The position numbers and the translations under genes were made by a program. A stretch of 64,000 nucleotides of DNA from Candidatus Marinacidobacterales bacterium (GTDB lineage Bacteria; Acidobacteriota; Vicinamibacteria; Marinacidobacterales; DATDRI01), in the NCBI GenBank assembly GCA_965226495.1, contig OZ245365.1:3744001-3808000 (forward strand), in the 5' to 3' direction. The notes under the pieces were generated by a model that was not told where the DNA came from, made no database searches, and saw only the letters and a program-made list of their open reading frames with translations. Of this stretch, positions 50,506-59,433 are shown in pieces (the first letter of the stretch is position 1; each line of letters opens with the position of its first letter).

Positions 50506-51482
50506 GCGCGGAACGCCCTTCCCTCGGCATCCTTCTCCCTACACGCGGACTGCTACTGAAAGGCGATCGACCTCTCAATGCGGAACTCGTCCTATCCCTA
50601 GCGCGGACCGCAGAGGACGCCGGCATCGATTCACTGTGGGTGGGTGACAGCCTGACGGCGAAACCTCGCCTCGAGCCCCTGACCACTCTCGCCGCGGTTG
50701 CGGCACGGACAACCCGCGTTCGTATCGGGACCTCGGTGCTCCTCGCGGCGCTTCGGCACCCAATCACCTCGGCGCACATCATCGGGACCTTGGATCTTCT
50801 CTCCGGCGGACGATTGAAGTTGGGAGCCGGGGTGGGCGGCGCCTTCGTTGACGCCCAGAAAAAGGAATGGCGAAACGTGGGGGTCGACCCCAAGGAGCGC
50901 ACCGGGCGTTTGGAAGAATGGGTACAGATCGTGAAGCGGTTGACCCGGGGCGACACGGTGAGCTTTGAGGGCCGGCACTTTCAATTGGATGAAGTGTCGG
51001 TGCGGCCCCTTTCGCCACAGGACGGCGGCGTGCCGATTCTGCTGGCAACGCATTGGGCCACCGGCAACGCAAAACAGCAGCAGCGAGTGATTCGTTGGGC
51101 CGACGGCTACATCGGAATCAGTGACTCGCCTTCAGATTTCGCAAGGCTGACGGAACGATTGAGCGAGCTGTCGCAAGAGGCAGGCCGAGACTTCACCAAG
51201 ATGGACTCGGCCTTCTACATGACGGTGAACCTCAACGAAGATGAGCGGCGAGCCGAAGAAGAAGCCGACAGCTTCATTCGCAATTACTACGGCCTGAACT
51301 TCTGGACGGACAAGTGGGGCCCTTTCGGCCACCCCGACAAAGTGGTGGAAAGGATCCGGGAGTACGCTGTCGCGGGAGCGAAGACGGTGGTCGTTCGCTT
51401 CGCCTCCCTGGAGCAGGAGCATCAGCTCGAAGTCTTCTTGGCACGAGTACTCCCGAGCGTCCGCGGCTCAAGGAGCTCGTGA
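50502..51482 (+). CDS. LLM-class (luciferase-like), probably F420-dependent oxidoreductase
   Basis: DSLWVGDS, EPLTTLAAVAART and TLDLLSGGRL.LG.G.G motifs; TTGA overlap with cofC. Confidence 0.9.
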   Translation: MSAERPSLGILLPTRGLLLKGDRPLNAELVLSLARTAEDAGIDSLWVGDSLTAKPRLEPLTTLAAVAARTTRVRIGTSVLLAALRHPITSAHIIGTLDLLSGGRLKLGAGVGGAFVDAQKKEWRNVGVDPKERTGRLEEWVQIVKRLTRGDTVSFEGRHFQLDEVSVRPLSPQDGGVPILLATHWATGNAKQQQRVIRWADGYIGISDSPSDFARLTERLSELSQEAGRDFTKMDSAFYMTVNLNEDERRAEEEADSFIRNYYGLNFWTDKWGPFGHPDKVVERIREYAVAGAKTVVVRFASLEQEHQLEVFLARVLPSVRGSRSS

Positions 51483-51516
51483 CTCGTCAAGCCACGGCTG
51501 AGCAAGAAAAAACCTA

Positions 51517-51580
51517 GACAGGATTACGGGATAACAGGATTGGCCCTCTTCATGTACGGTTTCTTTATCCTGTCATCCTG
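51517..51580. repeat. REP-like inverted repeat of ACAGGAT units
   Basis: gacaggat-tacgggat-aacaggat followed by atcctgtc-atcctg. Confidence 0.55.
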
Positions 51581-51800
51581 CTGGACCCGGATGAACTGGA
51601 CCGCCTTCATCAAGCTTTTTTGTACCGCGAGGGGCGGAGAGCGTTTGTTGACTACATCGTTGAAAAACCCCCCTTTTTCTCTTTCTTGTTGGCAAAACTA
51701 ACTTTCTTCTTGGGGTACGACACCTTATGGACCTATAGAACACCCTTTATCATGACCGGAATAGCCGTCAGCGTAGCCACGTATGTGCTGTCACGCCATT
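51581..51800 (+). pseudogene. Fragment of a GT-C/ArnT-like membrane glycosyltransferase
   Basis: Reads LDPDELDRLHQAFLYREGRRAFVDYIVEKPP followed by hydrophobic helices. No start codon; cut off by the IS remnant. AT-richer than its flanks. Confidence 0.45.
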
Positions 51801-51819
51801 CTCGCCGGCCGAGAGGGTT

Positions 51820-52300
51820 GTGCATCGTCAAAACTGGTCCACCCATGAAATCAAGGACTTACGCTTCGCTTGCGTTCCGGTCCGAAGAAGGCGAAACTCC
51901 GCCGCGATGCTCCGCGTACTCATCTTTCAGCAAGTGACCGCGCTCAAGAAGGAGCGCCCGCACCCACTACTCGAGGACGTGGATCGAGCTTTCTGGGTTG
52001 CGCTCCGCGATACTGGGCGAGGATCTCCCGGCGAGGCCATCCAGGTCGGCCTCGGATTGATGCCGAGATCCGTCCGCTGATCCGCACGACGGCTCAGGAC
52101 GGCTGGGGCGCGCCGCGTATCCACGCGGAGCTCACGAAGCTCGGTTTCGTCATCTCTGAGATCAAGGTGTCGCGATACCTGCCACGGCTTCCCGCCGAGC
52201 ACGGCCGTCGTCACATCTTGCACTTCAACGCGACGTTCCACCCGGCCGCGGCGTGGATCATTCAGCAGCTACGTCAGGCGTGTCCCTACGTTACGTTTCC
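51820..52300 (+). mobile_element. Degenerate integrase-core (DDE) transposase remnant
   Basis: Frameshifted pieces DRAFWVALR, GRPRIDAEIR.LIR, WGAPRIHAELTKLGF..SE..VSRY and RRHILHFNAT.HP.AAWI.QQLR.A. Confidence 0.75.
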
Positions 52301-52894
52301 GGCTGCGTCCGGAGCCCCCCGATTCTTGACATCCCCGGCTACTGAATCCGCGACCCGCGTCATCCCGTCGCCGTCTCGGAGACGTCGACCTCACTTTAGT
52401 CGTCGCAATTGCTCTCACTGCGGCCGACCTGAGACAAACTATTTCTCGGAAGCGATCTAGATCATCCACCGACTCCTCGCCCGGTGCCATTCATGCCCAA
52501 AATCAGCACGTCATGAACCAAAGCCAACACGTCGTGGCCAAATTCGGCTTCTCATGGCAGAAAAACCCTTCTGACCGAAAACGTCCGCATTCTCCTTCAC
52601 CCTGCGGACTCCCTACTCCTCCACATCGATCCTTCCGACGGGTACTGTCAAGTTGACGTTGCGCGAGCAAGCCGGGCGCCGCCGGAGTGACGTCTCCGTT
52701 CGAGTCACGCGGCGCACGTGACGGCGTCCCAAGTCGCGTCAGCGGCGCACCGAACGGCAAGACGAGCGCCAGCACCCGCATCCTTAAAAGCAGAGCACGC
52801 CTTGGTTCTAAAGGACGAAAAAAAATGGGTTCACCTTCCTCGAAAGGTAGAAATCGGGTAAGGCTTTGCGACCCAAAACTCGTCTTGACCAGCT

Positions 52895-54219
52895 ATGGAG
52901 CTGGTTGCCACATCACAGCCCAACCCAGCTCTCGCCCTCTACAGGCCTCGACAGCCTCAAAACTCCACTCTGTATCAGCTTCTCGAGGCCTACTACGAAG
53001 ATGTCAAGGCCTGTGGGAGGAGCGATTCGAAAAAAAATACGGCTTCTGGCGCGGCTTCGTCGAAGCTGTGGTGGCTCGTTACCTAGACTGCGGCGTTGCG
53101 GAAGCCGGCTTCGCCCGGCTCAAGTGCGATGACTGCGGAAGCGAGCGCTTGCTCACGCTCAGCTGCAAACAGAGAGGGCTCTGCCCGTCCTGCGACGCCA
53201 AACGCGCCGCTGCCTTTGCTGCTTTTCTCAAAGACGAACTGCTTTCAAACGTTGGCCATAGTCTGTGGACATTTACACTTCCCAAGATGCTCAGACCCTA
53301 TTTCATGCGCCAGCGAGAGCTTCTGGGGGATCTGGCTCGCCTTGCTTATGAGACCATCAAGGAGTTGATGGCCGAAGCCGTCGGCGATCCCCACGCCCGT
53401 CCCGGAGTCGTTGTGGTCCCACAGACGTTGGGGAGTGTTGTGAACCAACATCCCCATGCCCACTGCCTCGCCTCTCGTGGAGTTTGGGATGCCCAAGGAC
53501 AATGGACCCCTGTCCCTTACATCGATACCATCGCTGCGGAGAAGTTGTTTCGCCACAAGATCATTCGCTTGCTGAAGAGCAAAGACCTTTTGAGTGACGA
53601 ACGCATAGAGCTACTCGATTCGTTCCGACATAGCGGCTTTTCGGTCGATGCATCGGTCACCGTTTGGCCTCAGGACACCGAAGGACTCGAACGCCTCTGC
53701 CGGTACCTACTTCGTTGCCCCCTCAGCCTGTCTCGCATTCACTGGACACCGGGCGCAAAAACGCTTTTCTACGAAGCGAAAGGCTCACATGACGACCCCC
53801 TCGCTTCTCATCCGCGAGGCGAGACCGTCGATGTCTTCGAGTTCTTGGCCCGAGTCCTCACGCAAATCCCCAAGCCTCGGCAACACGGCGTGCACTACAT
53901 GGGCGCCTACTCCTCGAGAGCGCGCGCCTTTCGAAAAAGGAAAAACCGCCCTCTGCAGTCGCTCACCAGCCAACAAAACCCCAAAGCCAACTCTGAGCCG
54001 AACCTGTCCTCCAAAAAGCGTGCCGCGCTCAGAAAAAGATGGGCACAGCTCATCAAGCTCATCAGGCGCGTTCATCAGACCGATCCTCTTCAGTGCGACT
54101 GCGGAGGCACCTATCGCGTCATCGCCTTCATCACCGAGCAAAAGGTGATTCGGAAAATCTTGGCTCATCTCGAAAAAAGAAAAAGAAAAAGCGACTCCCG
54201 CCCGCCACCCGAGCCCTAG
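52895..54219 (+). mobile_element. IS91/ISCR-family rolling-circle (HUH) transposase; frameshift at about 53008
   Basis: YRPRQP..STLYQ N-terminus, zinc motif C...CDDC...SCKQRGLCPSC, HPHAH (HUH), RYLLR and C-terminal CDCGG.YRVIAFI. Confidence 0.9.
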
Positions 54220-54420
54220 TCACTGGCTTCACACCACGCCACTTGTCCGTTACCCCGACACCAGACGGCCGGAGTGTTTCTTCAACACCCAACTCCCCCG
54301 GCGGGAGACACTTCTCAACCGCCTTGCCCCGTTTGCTCGAGTTCTGCTACCCTCACCAGGACTCACTCGGACTGCACAGCCCCATTCTGGTGGGGAAAAT
54401 TCGCGGGCCGGCGCTCGGGA

Positions 54421-54440
54421 GCGTATGAATTTTCCTATCC
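54421..54440 (+). other. oriIS-like terminus of the IS91/ISCR element
   Basis: GCGTATGAATTTTCCTATCC lies about 200 bp downstream of the transposase stop and resembles ISCR oriIS ends (GCGTTTGAACTTCCTATAC, as recalled). Confidence 0.65.
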
Positions 54441-54478
54441 TTCTGCGTGGTACTCTAACCGACGTCGAGAGGTTGACG

Positions 54479-55849
54479 ATGCGTGATACGAATCATCGAG
54501 CGGCCCCATTGTTGCTGATTTCGGCTGCACTCTATCTTTTCGTTCTCCACGCCTCCGCCGGCGAAGCCAACGACTGGCCTTCGTTTCGCGGGGTGCGAGC
54601 CGCGGGCGTTGCGGACGGCACGAATCCTCCGGTCGAGTGGGATGTCGAGCAAGGCAGTCACATCGCCTGGAAAACGCCGGTTTCCGGAATGGCGCATTCG
54701 AGCCCGATCATTCGGGGCGAGCGCGTCTACTTGACCACGGCAATCTCGGCTCGAGCCGACACCGCGTTTCAGTTTCCGTTCGACGGGGAAATGGATCGGC
54801 GTACCGACCTCTCCGAGCATCAATTCCGTCTTCTCGCCCTCGATTTGAAGACCGGTTCCGTGGTCTGGGACGAGCTCGCGCTCGAAGCCGAGCCGCGGAT
54901 CGCGCGTCATCCACATTCGAGCTACGCGGCCCCGACCCCCGCCACCGACGGCGAATACCTCGTCGCCTTCTTCGGCTCCGAAGGTCTCTACACGTTCGAT
55001 CTCTCCGGGAAGCTTCTGTGGAAACGAGACCTGGGCCCCCTCGATCAGGGTTCGTTCGACGTGCCCGACTACACCTGGGGTTACGCGTCATCGCCCATCA
55101 TCTACAAGAACCTCGCCATCGTTCAATGCGATCAGCAACAAGGCAGCTTCATCGCGGCGTTCGACCTCGCCACCGGCGAGGAAATCTGGCGCACCGAGCG
55201 TGACGCGCTTCCGTCGTGGTCTACACCCGGAATCTACGAAGGCGAGAGCGGCGCCGAGCTCGTCACCAACGGCACCGAGTACATTCGCGGTTACGACCCG
55301 CTCACTGGCGAAGAGCTGTGGCGGCTCGCGGGCACTTCCATGATCTCGGTGCCGACACCTTTTGTCGCTCACGACCTCATCTACGTCGCCACCGGATACC
55401 ACCGGTACGTGCAACCGATCTACGCGATCCGGCCGGGCTCGCGCGGGGACATCACGTTGGCCGAAGGTGCCGCCTCGAACGACGCGATCGCTTGGAGCCA
55501 GCCAAAGGGCGCGCCGTATTTGACGACGCCGCTCGTTTACGGGGACTATTTCTACACCGTGGCCGGAAACGGGGTGCTGACGTGTTACCACGCACTAACC
55601 GGCGAGCGTGTCTATCAACAGCGCCTCGGAACAGGCGGCTATTTTAGCTCCTCGCCCGTTGCCGCCGACGGACGGGTTTACTTCGCGAACGAAGACGGCC
55701 AGGTGTTCGTGGTCCAAGCCGGTCCCGAGTTCGAGCTACTCGCCACGAACGAGATGGGCGAGGTCACCATGGCCACGCCGGCTCTCGCGCCTGGGTTGAT
55801 TGTCTACCGCACGCTCCATAGCCTCGTCGCGATAGGCACCGCTCCCTAG
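54479..55849 (+). CDS. PQQ-binding-like beta-propeller (BamB-like) secreted protein
   Basis: Signal peptide, DWPSFRG, and repeated SSP/TP and D..TG...W blade motifs. Confidence 0.9.
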   Translation: MRDTNHRAAPLLLISAALYLFVLHASAGEANDWPSFRGVRAAGVADGTNPPVEWDVEQGSHIAWKTPVSGMAHSSPIIRGERVYLTTAISARADTAFQFPFDGEMDRRTDLSEHQFRLLALDLKTGSVVWDELALEAEPRIARHPHSSYAAPTPATDGEYLVAFFGSEGLYTFDLSGKLLWKRDLGPLDQGSFDVPDYTWGYASSPIIYKNLAIVQCDQQQGSFIAAFDLATGEEIWRTERDALPSWSTPGIYEGESGAELVTNGTEYIRGYDPLTGEELWRLAGTSMISVPTPFVAHDLIYVATGYHRYVQPIYAIRPGSRGDITLAEGAASNDAIAWSQPKGAPYLTTPLVYGDYFYTVAGNGVLTCYHALTGERVYQQRLGTGGYFSSSPVAADGRVYFANEDGQVFVVQAGPEFELLATNEMGEVTMATPALAPGLIVYRTLHSLVAIGTAP

Positions 55850-55922
55850 ATCACCGCCGGCGTGAGCGGCGGCGGACGATCCAACGATGAAGATAGTTCC
55901 ATTCCGGCGTTCCCACGAGCCG

Positions 55923-56420
55923 CTAGACGAAATGTGATGTCGGACCGCTAACGCTGTCCGGAACGAGTGGAAACGACGGCTTCGGTTCACCGACTCGGTC
56001 GGCGGAACGCCTGTACCGCTCCATCTTGTCTTTGCCGTAGTCCATCTCCGCCATGTAGAGATTGTGCGGGGCGCACAAAAGCCTGACATTGTCGGCACTT
56101 CGATCGCCGCCGAGCCCGTGGGGATCGTGGTGATGGAATTGCAACCCTCGGCGCTCGGGACATCGTCTACCGCCGCTGGTCTCAAACGTACATTGAGCCT
56201 GATCACGCGCCCACACGAAGCGCCTCACCGGAGCGGGAATTCCGCGCCCGCCCGGCGACGTGTCGGCATCTTCGAGGCTCTTTCTTGGATTTTTGACTGT
56301 GCCGAGACGCTTGGCCTCGAGCCGTTCGAGTTTCTCCGTCACGGACGTTTCGAGCATGGAAGCGAGGTCGGCACCCGGCATGAGCGCCGCGAGCCGTTGG
56401 AGCTTGTCGTGAAGCTCCGC
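55923..56420 (-). pseudogene. 3' fragment of an HNH endonuclease gene
   Basis: IPAPVRRFVWARD..QC.F.....RC.....LQFHH......GG.....N.RLLC..HN. The 5' part is cut off at the LLM repeat junction. Confidence 0.8.
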
Positions 56421-57038
56421 GATGCCCAGAAAAAGGAATGGCGAAACGTGGGGGTCGACCCCAAGGAGCGCACCGGGCGTTTGGAAGAATGGGTACAGAT
56501 CGTGAAGCGGTTGACCCGGGGCGACACAGTGAGCTTTGAGGGCCGGCACTTTCAATTGGATGACGTGTCGGTGCGGCCGCCCTCGCCACAGGACGGCGGT
56601 GTACCGATTCTACTAGCGACGCATTGGGCGACAGGCAACGAAAAGCAGCAGCAGCGAGTGATTCGTTGGGCCGACGGTTACATTGGAATTAGTGACTCGC
56701 CCTCCGACTTCGCCAAACTGAGCGAGCGACTTCACGAGCTGGCCAGCGAGAACGGCCGTGACTTCGACTCCATGGACTCCGTCTTCTATATGACGGTGAA
56801 TCTCAACGACGATGAGCGGCGAGCCGAAGAAGAAGCCGACAGCTTCATTCGCAATTACTACGGCCTCAACTTCTGGAAGGACAAGTGGGGACCTTTCGGC
56901 CATCCCGACAAAGTCGCAAAAACAATCCGGGAGTACGCGGCGGCCGGCGCTAAAACGGTGGTCGTTCGCTTCGCATCTGCAGAACAGGAGCAGCAGCTCG
57001 AAATCTTTCTGGGACGCGTGCTTCCGAGCGTCCGCTGA
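56421..57038 (+). pseudogene. 5'-truncated second copy of the LLM oxidoreductase gene
   Basis: DAQKKEWRNVGVDPKER...VLPSVR* is collinear with the last roughly 205 aa of 50502..51482. Confidence 0.9.
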
Positions 57039-57046
57039 CCGCAAGG

Positions 57047-58720
57047 CTACTGAATATAGCCGAGAGCCTTCAGTTGCTCCAGTATCTCTTCACGCCCCTC
57101 GGTTATCGCCTCCTCGTCACTAGAAAGCGAGGTATCGATGTCGGCATAGCGAGGTGGGTGGGCCTCCAGCCAAGAGGCTTCGAAGATTTGTGGCAACAAC
57201 TTCCCATCCATATCCAGCGGGATGGGGGCGCCGAACATATGAAGAAGGGTAGGCGCAATGTCCAGCACCGAGGCACCGCTAAACGTCGCTCCCTCGCGAA
57301 TGCCCGGACCGGCGGCGACGAATATCCCGTAGGGCGCGTGATGTCCTCCACCTGAAATAGGTTGCTCACCGTGGGCGGACACGACGAGAATCGTGGCATT
57401 ACGTGGCAATCGCTCCAGAAGTTGGCCGAGCCAGTGGTCCATCTGCATGTACGTCTGATCCACGGCTGCCCGAACAGAGGGTGCGCAACCTTCCCGGAGA
57501 GGCGCACCGTGTCGCCAGTGTAGCGTCACGTGGCTGACCACGTCGATACCCCGGAAGTACACGGAGAAAAGGCCTCGCTCCATCGTCGGCAACAGCTGGC
57601 GTGCGATGTTCAAGTAGTACTCGTCCTGCAGCAGGATCTTCGCGACGCCGGTCCTGTCCTGCAAAAGGGACGGATCACAGTCCGACAGGTGGAGCCTCTC
57701 CAGGATCGAGTCAGCCTCTCGCGAATGAGGCGCCAAGGGTGAGAGCTCGGCTGCGAGCTCAGGCGGCCAGGTCAATTCCGACCGACCCTGACGCTTGTAC
57801 TTCATTCCCATTCGCGAGGACACGAGGAAACCATTGACCTCCCGTGCTGGGAAAGTTCCCCAGTGCCCCACGATGCCCACCGGATGCCCGATATCACCGA
57901 GCAGAGTCCAGTAAGGCATCGCCCGCCAATGAGTGCTCTGGATCTCGGTTACTTGCCCGCGAGGCATGTAAAAACCACGGCCGAGAGAAAAGCGCTGGTG
58001 AACGGGATCCAGGAAAAAAACTTCCGCGCCGCGATCGTCGACGACTCTCAGAGAAGCTAGCTCACAGGCCAGCTGGCGCCGATCGGTGGAATCGCTGCGC
58101 TCGGCCGGTCGGCTTTGACGAGAGAAGACGAAGACGAGCTCGTTCCTCACCGGCCGTAGAGATTCTTCCGGGATCGAAACCGAAAAGTCTTCCCATTTGA
58201 CCGGGACTGAGATGGATTGCAACGGTTTCTCGTTCAAGAACAGTTGAACGAATTGCTCTCCGTTGGGTGCATAAGAGTGAAGCCTTAATTGCAACGTCAG
58301 GGGTCGTCGGCCGGGCAGATCCGGCAGGGTCAGGGTCGCTCGCGGCGGGCTTGCTTCCGAGCCCATCCACACCTTCGAAGTACCACGAACGGGCAAGACG
58401 AAATCACGGACGCCATGTTTCTCCGGAACCTTGCCGGTGGCGATCGAAGTCCAAAGAATAGCTGAATGAAACCCCCGACGAGTGCTCTCATTCATGATGC
58501 GCCGCGCGGGGAGCGACCGTAGCGGGCCGTAGGTCCCGGAACGAATCAGCTTCTCGAAGGCAGGCAACCGGTGGGCCGAACGAAGGTCGTCGATGACACT
58601 TGGAGTCGCGCCGTCGAGGCAGACGAGCAGCACGAAGGGCGATTCATCGTCGGTCCGCCAGCATGCGGCCGCCATCATCACGGCGAGCACTAAAGCGCTC
58701 GCAATCCGAAACCGCGTCAC
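57047..58720 (-). CDS. Alkaline phosphatase superfamily (nucleotide pyrophosphatase/phosphodiesterase-like) lipoprotein
   Basis: LDGAT, WTSIATGK.P.KHG, D.VSH, VSAHG and DIAPTLL...MDGK motifs; ends LKALGYI. Confidence 0.8.
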   Translation of the reverse strand: MTRFRIASALVLAVMMAAACWRTDDESPFVLLVCLDGATPSVIDDLRSAHRLPAFEKLIRSGTYGPLRSLPARRIMNESTRRGFHSAILWTSIATGKVPEKHGVRDFVLPVRGTSKVWMGSEASPPRATLTLPDLPGRRPLTLQLRLHSYAPNGEQFVQLFLNEKPLQSISVPVKWEDFSVSIPEESLRPVRNELVFVFSRQSRPAERSDSTDRRQLACELASLRVVDDRGAEVFFLDPVHQRFSLGRGFYMPRGQVTEIQSTHWRAMPYWTLLGDIGHPVGIVGHWGTFPAREVNGFLVSSRMGMKYKRQGRSELTWPPELAAELSPLAPHSREADSILERLHLSDCDPSLLQDRTGVAKILLQDEYYLNIARQLLPTMERGLFSVYFRGIDVVSHVTLHWRHGAPLREGCAPSVRAAVDQTYMQMDHWLGQLLERLPRNATILVVSAHGEQPISGGGHHAPYGIFVAAGPGIREGATFSGASVLDIAPTLLHMFGAPIPLDMDGKLLPQIFEASWLEAHPPRYADIDTSLSSDEEAITEGREEILEQLKALGYIQ

Positions 58721-58892
58721 AAGACTAATGACACTAACACGTGAAGCCGGCGAATTCGGGCCACAGGTATACCGGTCAAACTTCCAGAAGGGTGAGAAGC
58801 GCTCCGAACCCTGCGCTCACTGGGCTACATCCAGTGATGGGCATTTCCCGCCTTCATATATAATGAGGCCTCGTTCGAGGTCTCGGGGTCTT

Positions 58893-59219
58893 ATGGGAAG
58901 CTCATCCGATTCGTTCATCCTTCACGATCTTCGGGTAACGGTTGCGGAGATCCGAGGCCGGTCGGTTTGCGGCCTCAAGGTGGGGGACTATTTCGAAGTT
59001 CGCAACAGCAGTCAGGTGGTGATCCCACCAGATAGGCACTTTTGCATGTTCGCGCTGGCGGCGGTACTTCCCTTATTGCCCGCCAAGCAGCGTGAGCTCC
59101 ATGAGAACGATTGGTTGACCGAGGACAGTCTAGTAGCCTGCCCGGATCCGGAAGAGCAGCTCATCATGAAGATCGAGCGCATCGCACCGGTGACGCTGCG
59201 AAAGAGCGATTTGACTTGA
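58893..59219 (+). CDS. TIGR04076-like small Cys-motif protein
   Basis: DLRV.V..I.G..VC...VGDYFE, FC..ALAA.LPLLPAKQR and ACPDP motifs. Confidence 0.8.
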   Translation: MGSSSDSFILHDLRVTVAEIRGRSVCGLKVGDYFEVRNSSQVVIPPDRHFCMFALAAVLPLLPAKQRELHENDWLTEDSLVACPDPEEQLIMKIERIAPVTLRKSDLT

Positions 59220-59225
59220 ATTAGT

Positions 59226-59430
59226 GCGCGTGGGGCCCCACCCCCACGCGCTGGCCCTCGCTCTTTCATCAATGGCGTTCGGGCCCCACCCCCAACGCCA
59301 GATGCTCCGTCGACTTCGCGACTCCGCATCGGCTCAAGGCTGCGCTCGGGCCTAAAACCACGGCCGGGTTCCCTTGGCTTCCGCAATCCGTGAGCCAATT
59401 CCTCCCGGCCGGCGGGCCATCCGGCCCGTT
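59226..59430. repeat. REP-like palindromic intergenic element
   Basis: gcgcgtggggccccacccccacgcgc and ggcgttcgggccccacccccaacgcc share the core GGGCCCCACCCCCA; further hairpins follow. Confidence 0.6.
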
Positions 59431-59433
59431 TGT

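Larger units (their letters stand above)
50850..57035. mobile_element. 5.57-kb island bounded by a roughly 615-bp imperfect direct repeat (3' part of the LLM gene)
   Basis: 50850-51464 aligns with 56421-57035 at offset 5571. The interior holds an IS remnant, an IS91-family transposase, a propeller gene and gene fragments. Confidence 0.8.

Noticed and set aside
56064-57038. 324-aa ORF that looks like a novel fusion to an LLM domain
   Set aside because: Its first roughly 119 codons are the antisense of the HNH fragment. It is an accidental read-through across the island junction and lacks the LLM N-terminal barrel strands.
50850-57038. Diversity-generating retroelement (template/variable repeat pair)
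   Set aside because: No reverse transcriptase is present, the differences are not adenine-specific, and the repeat is much longer than a typical TR/VR.
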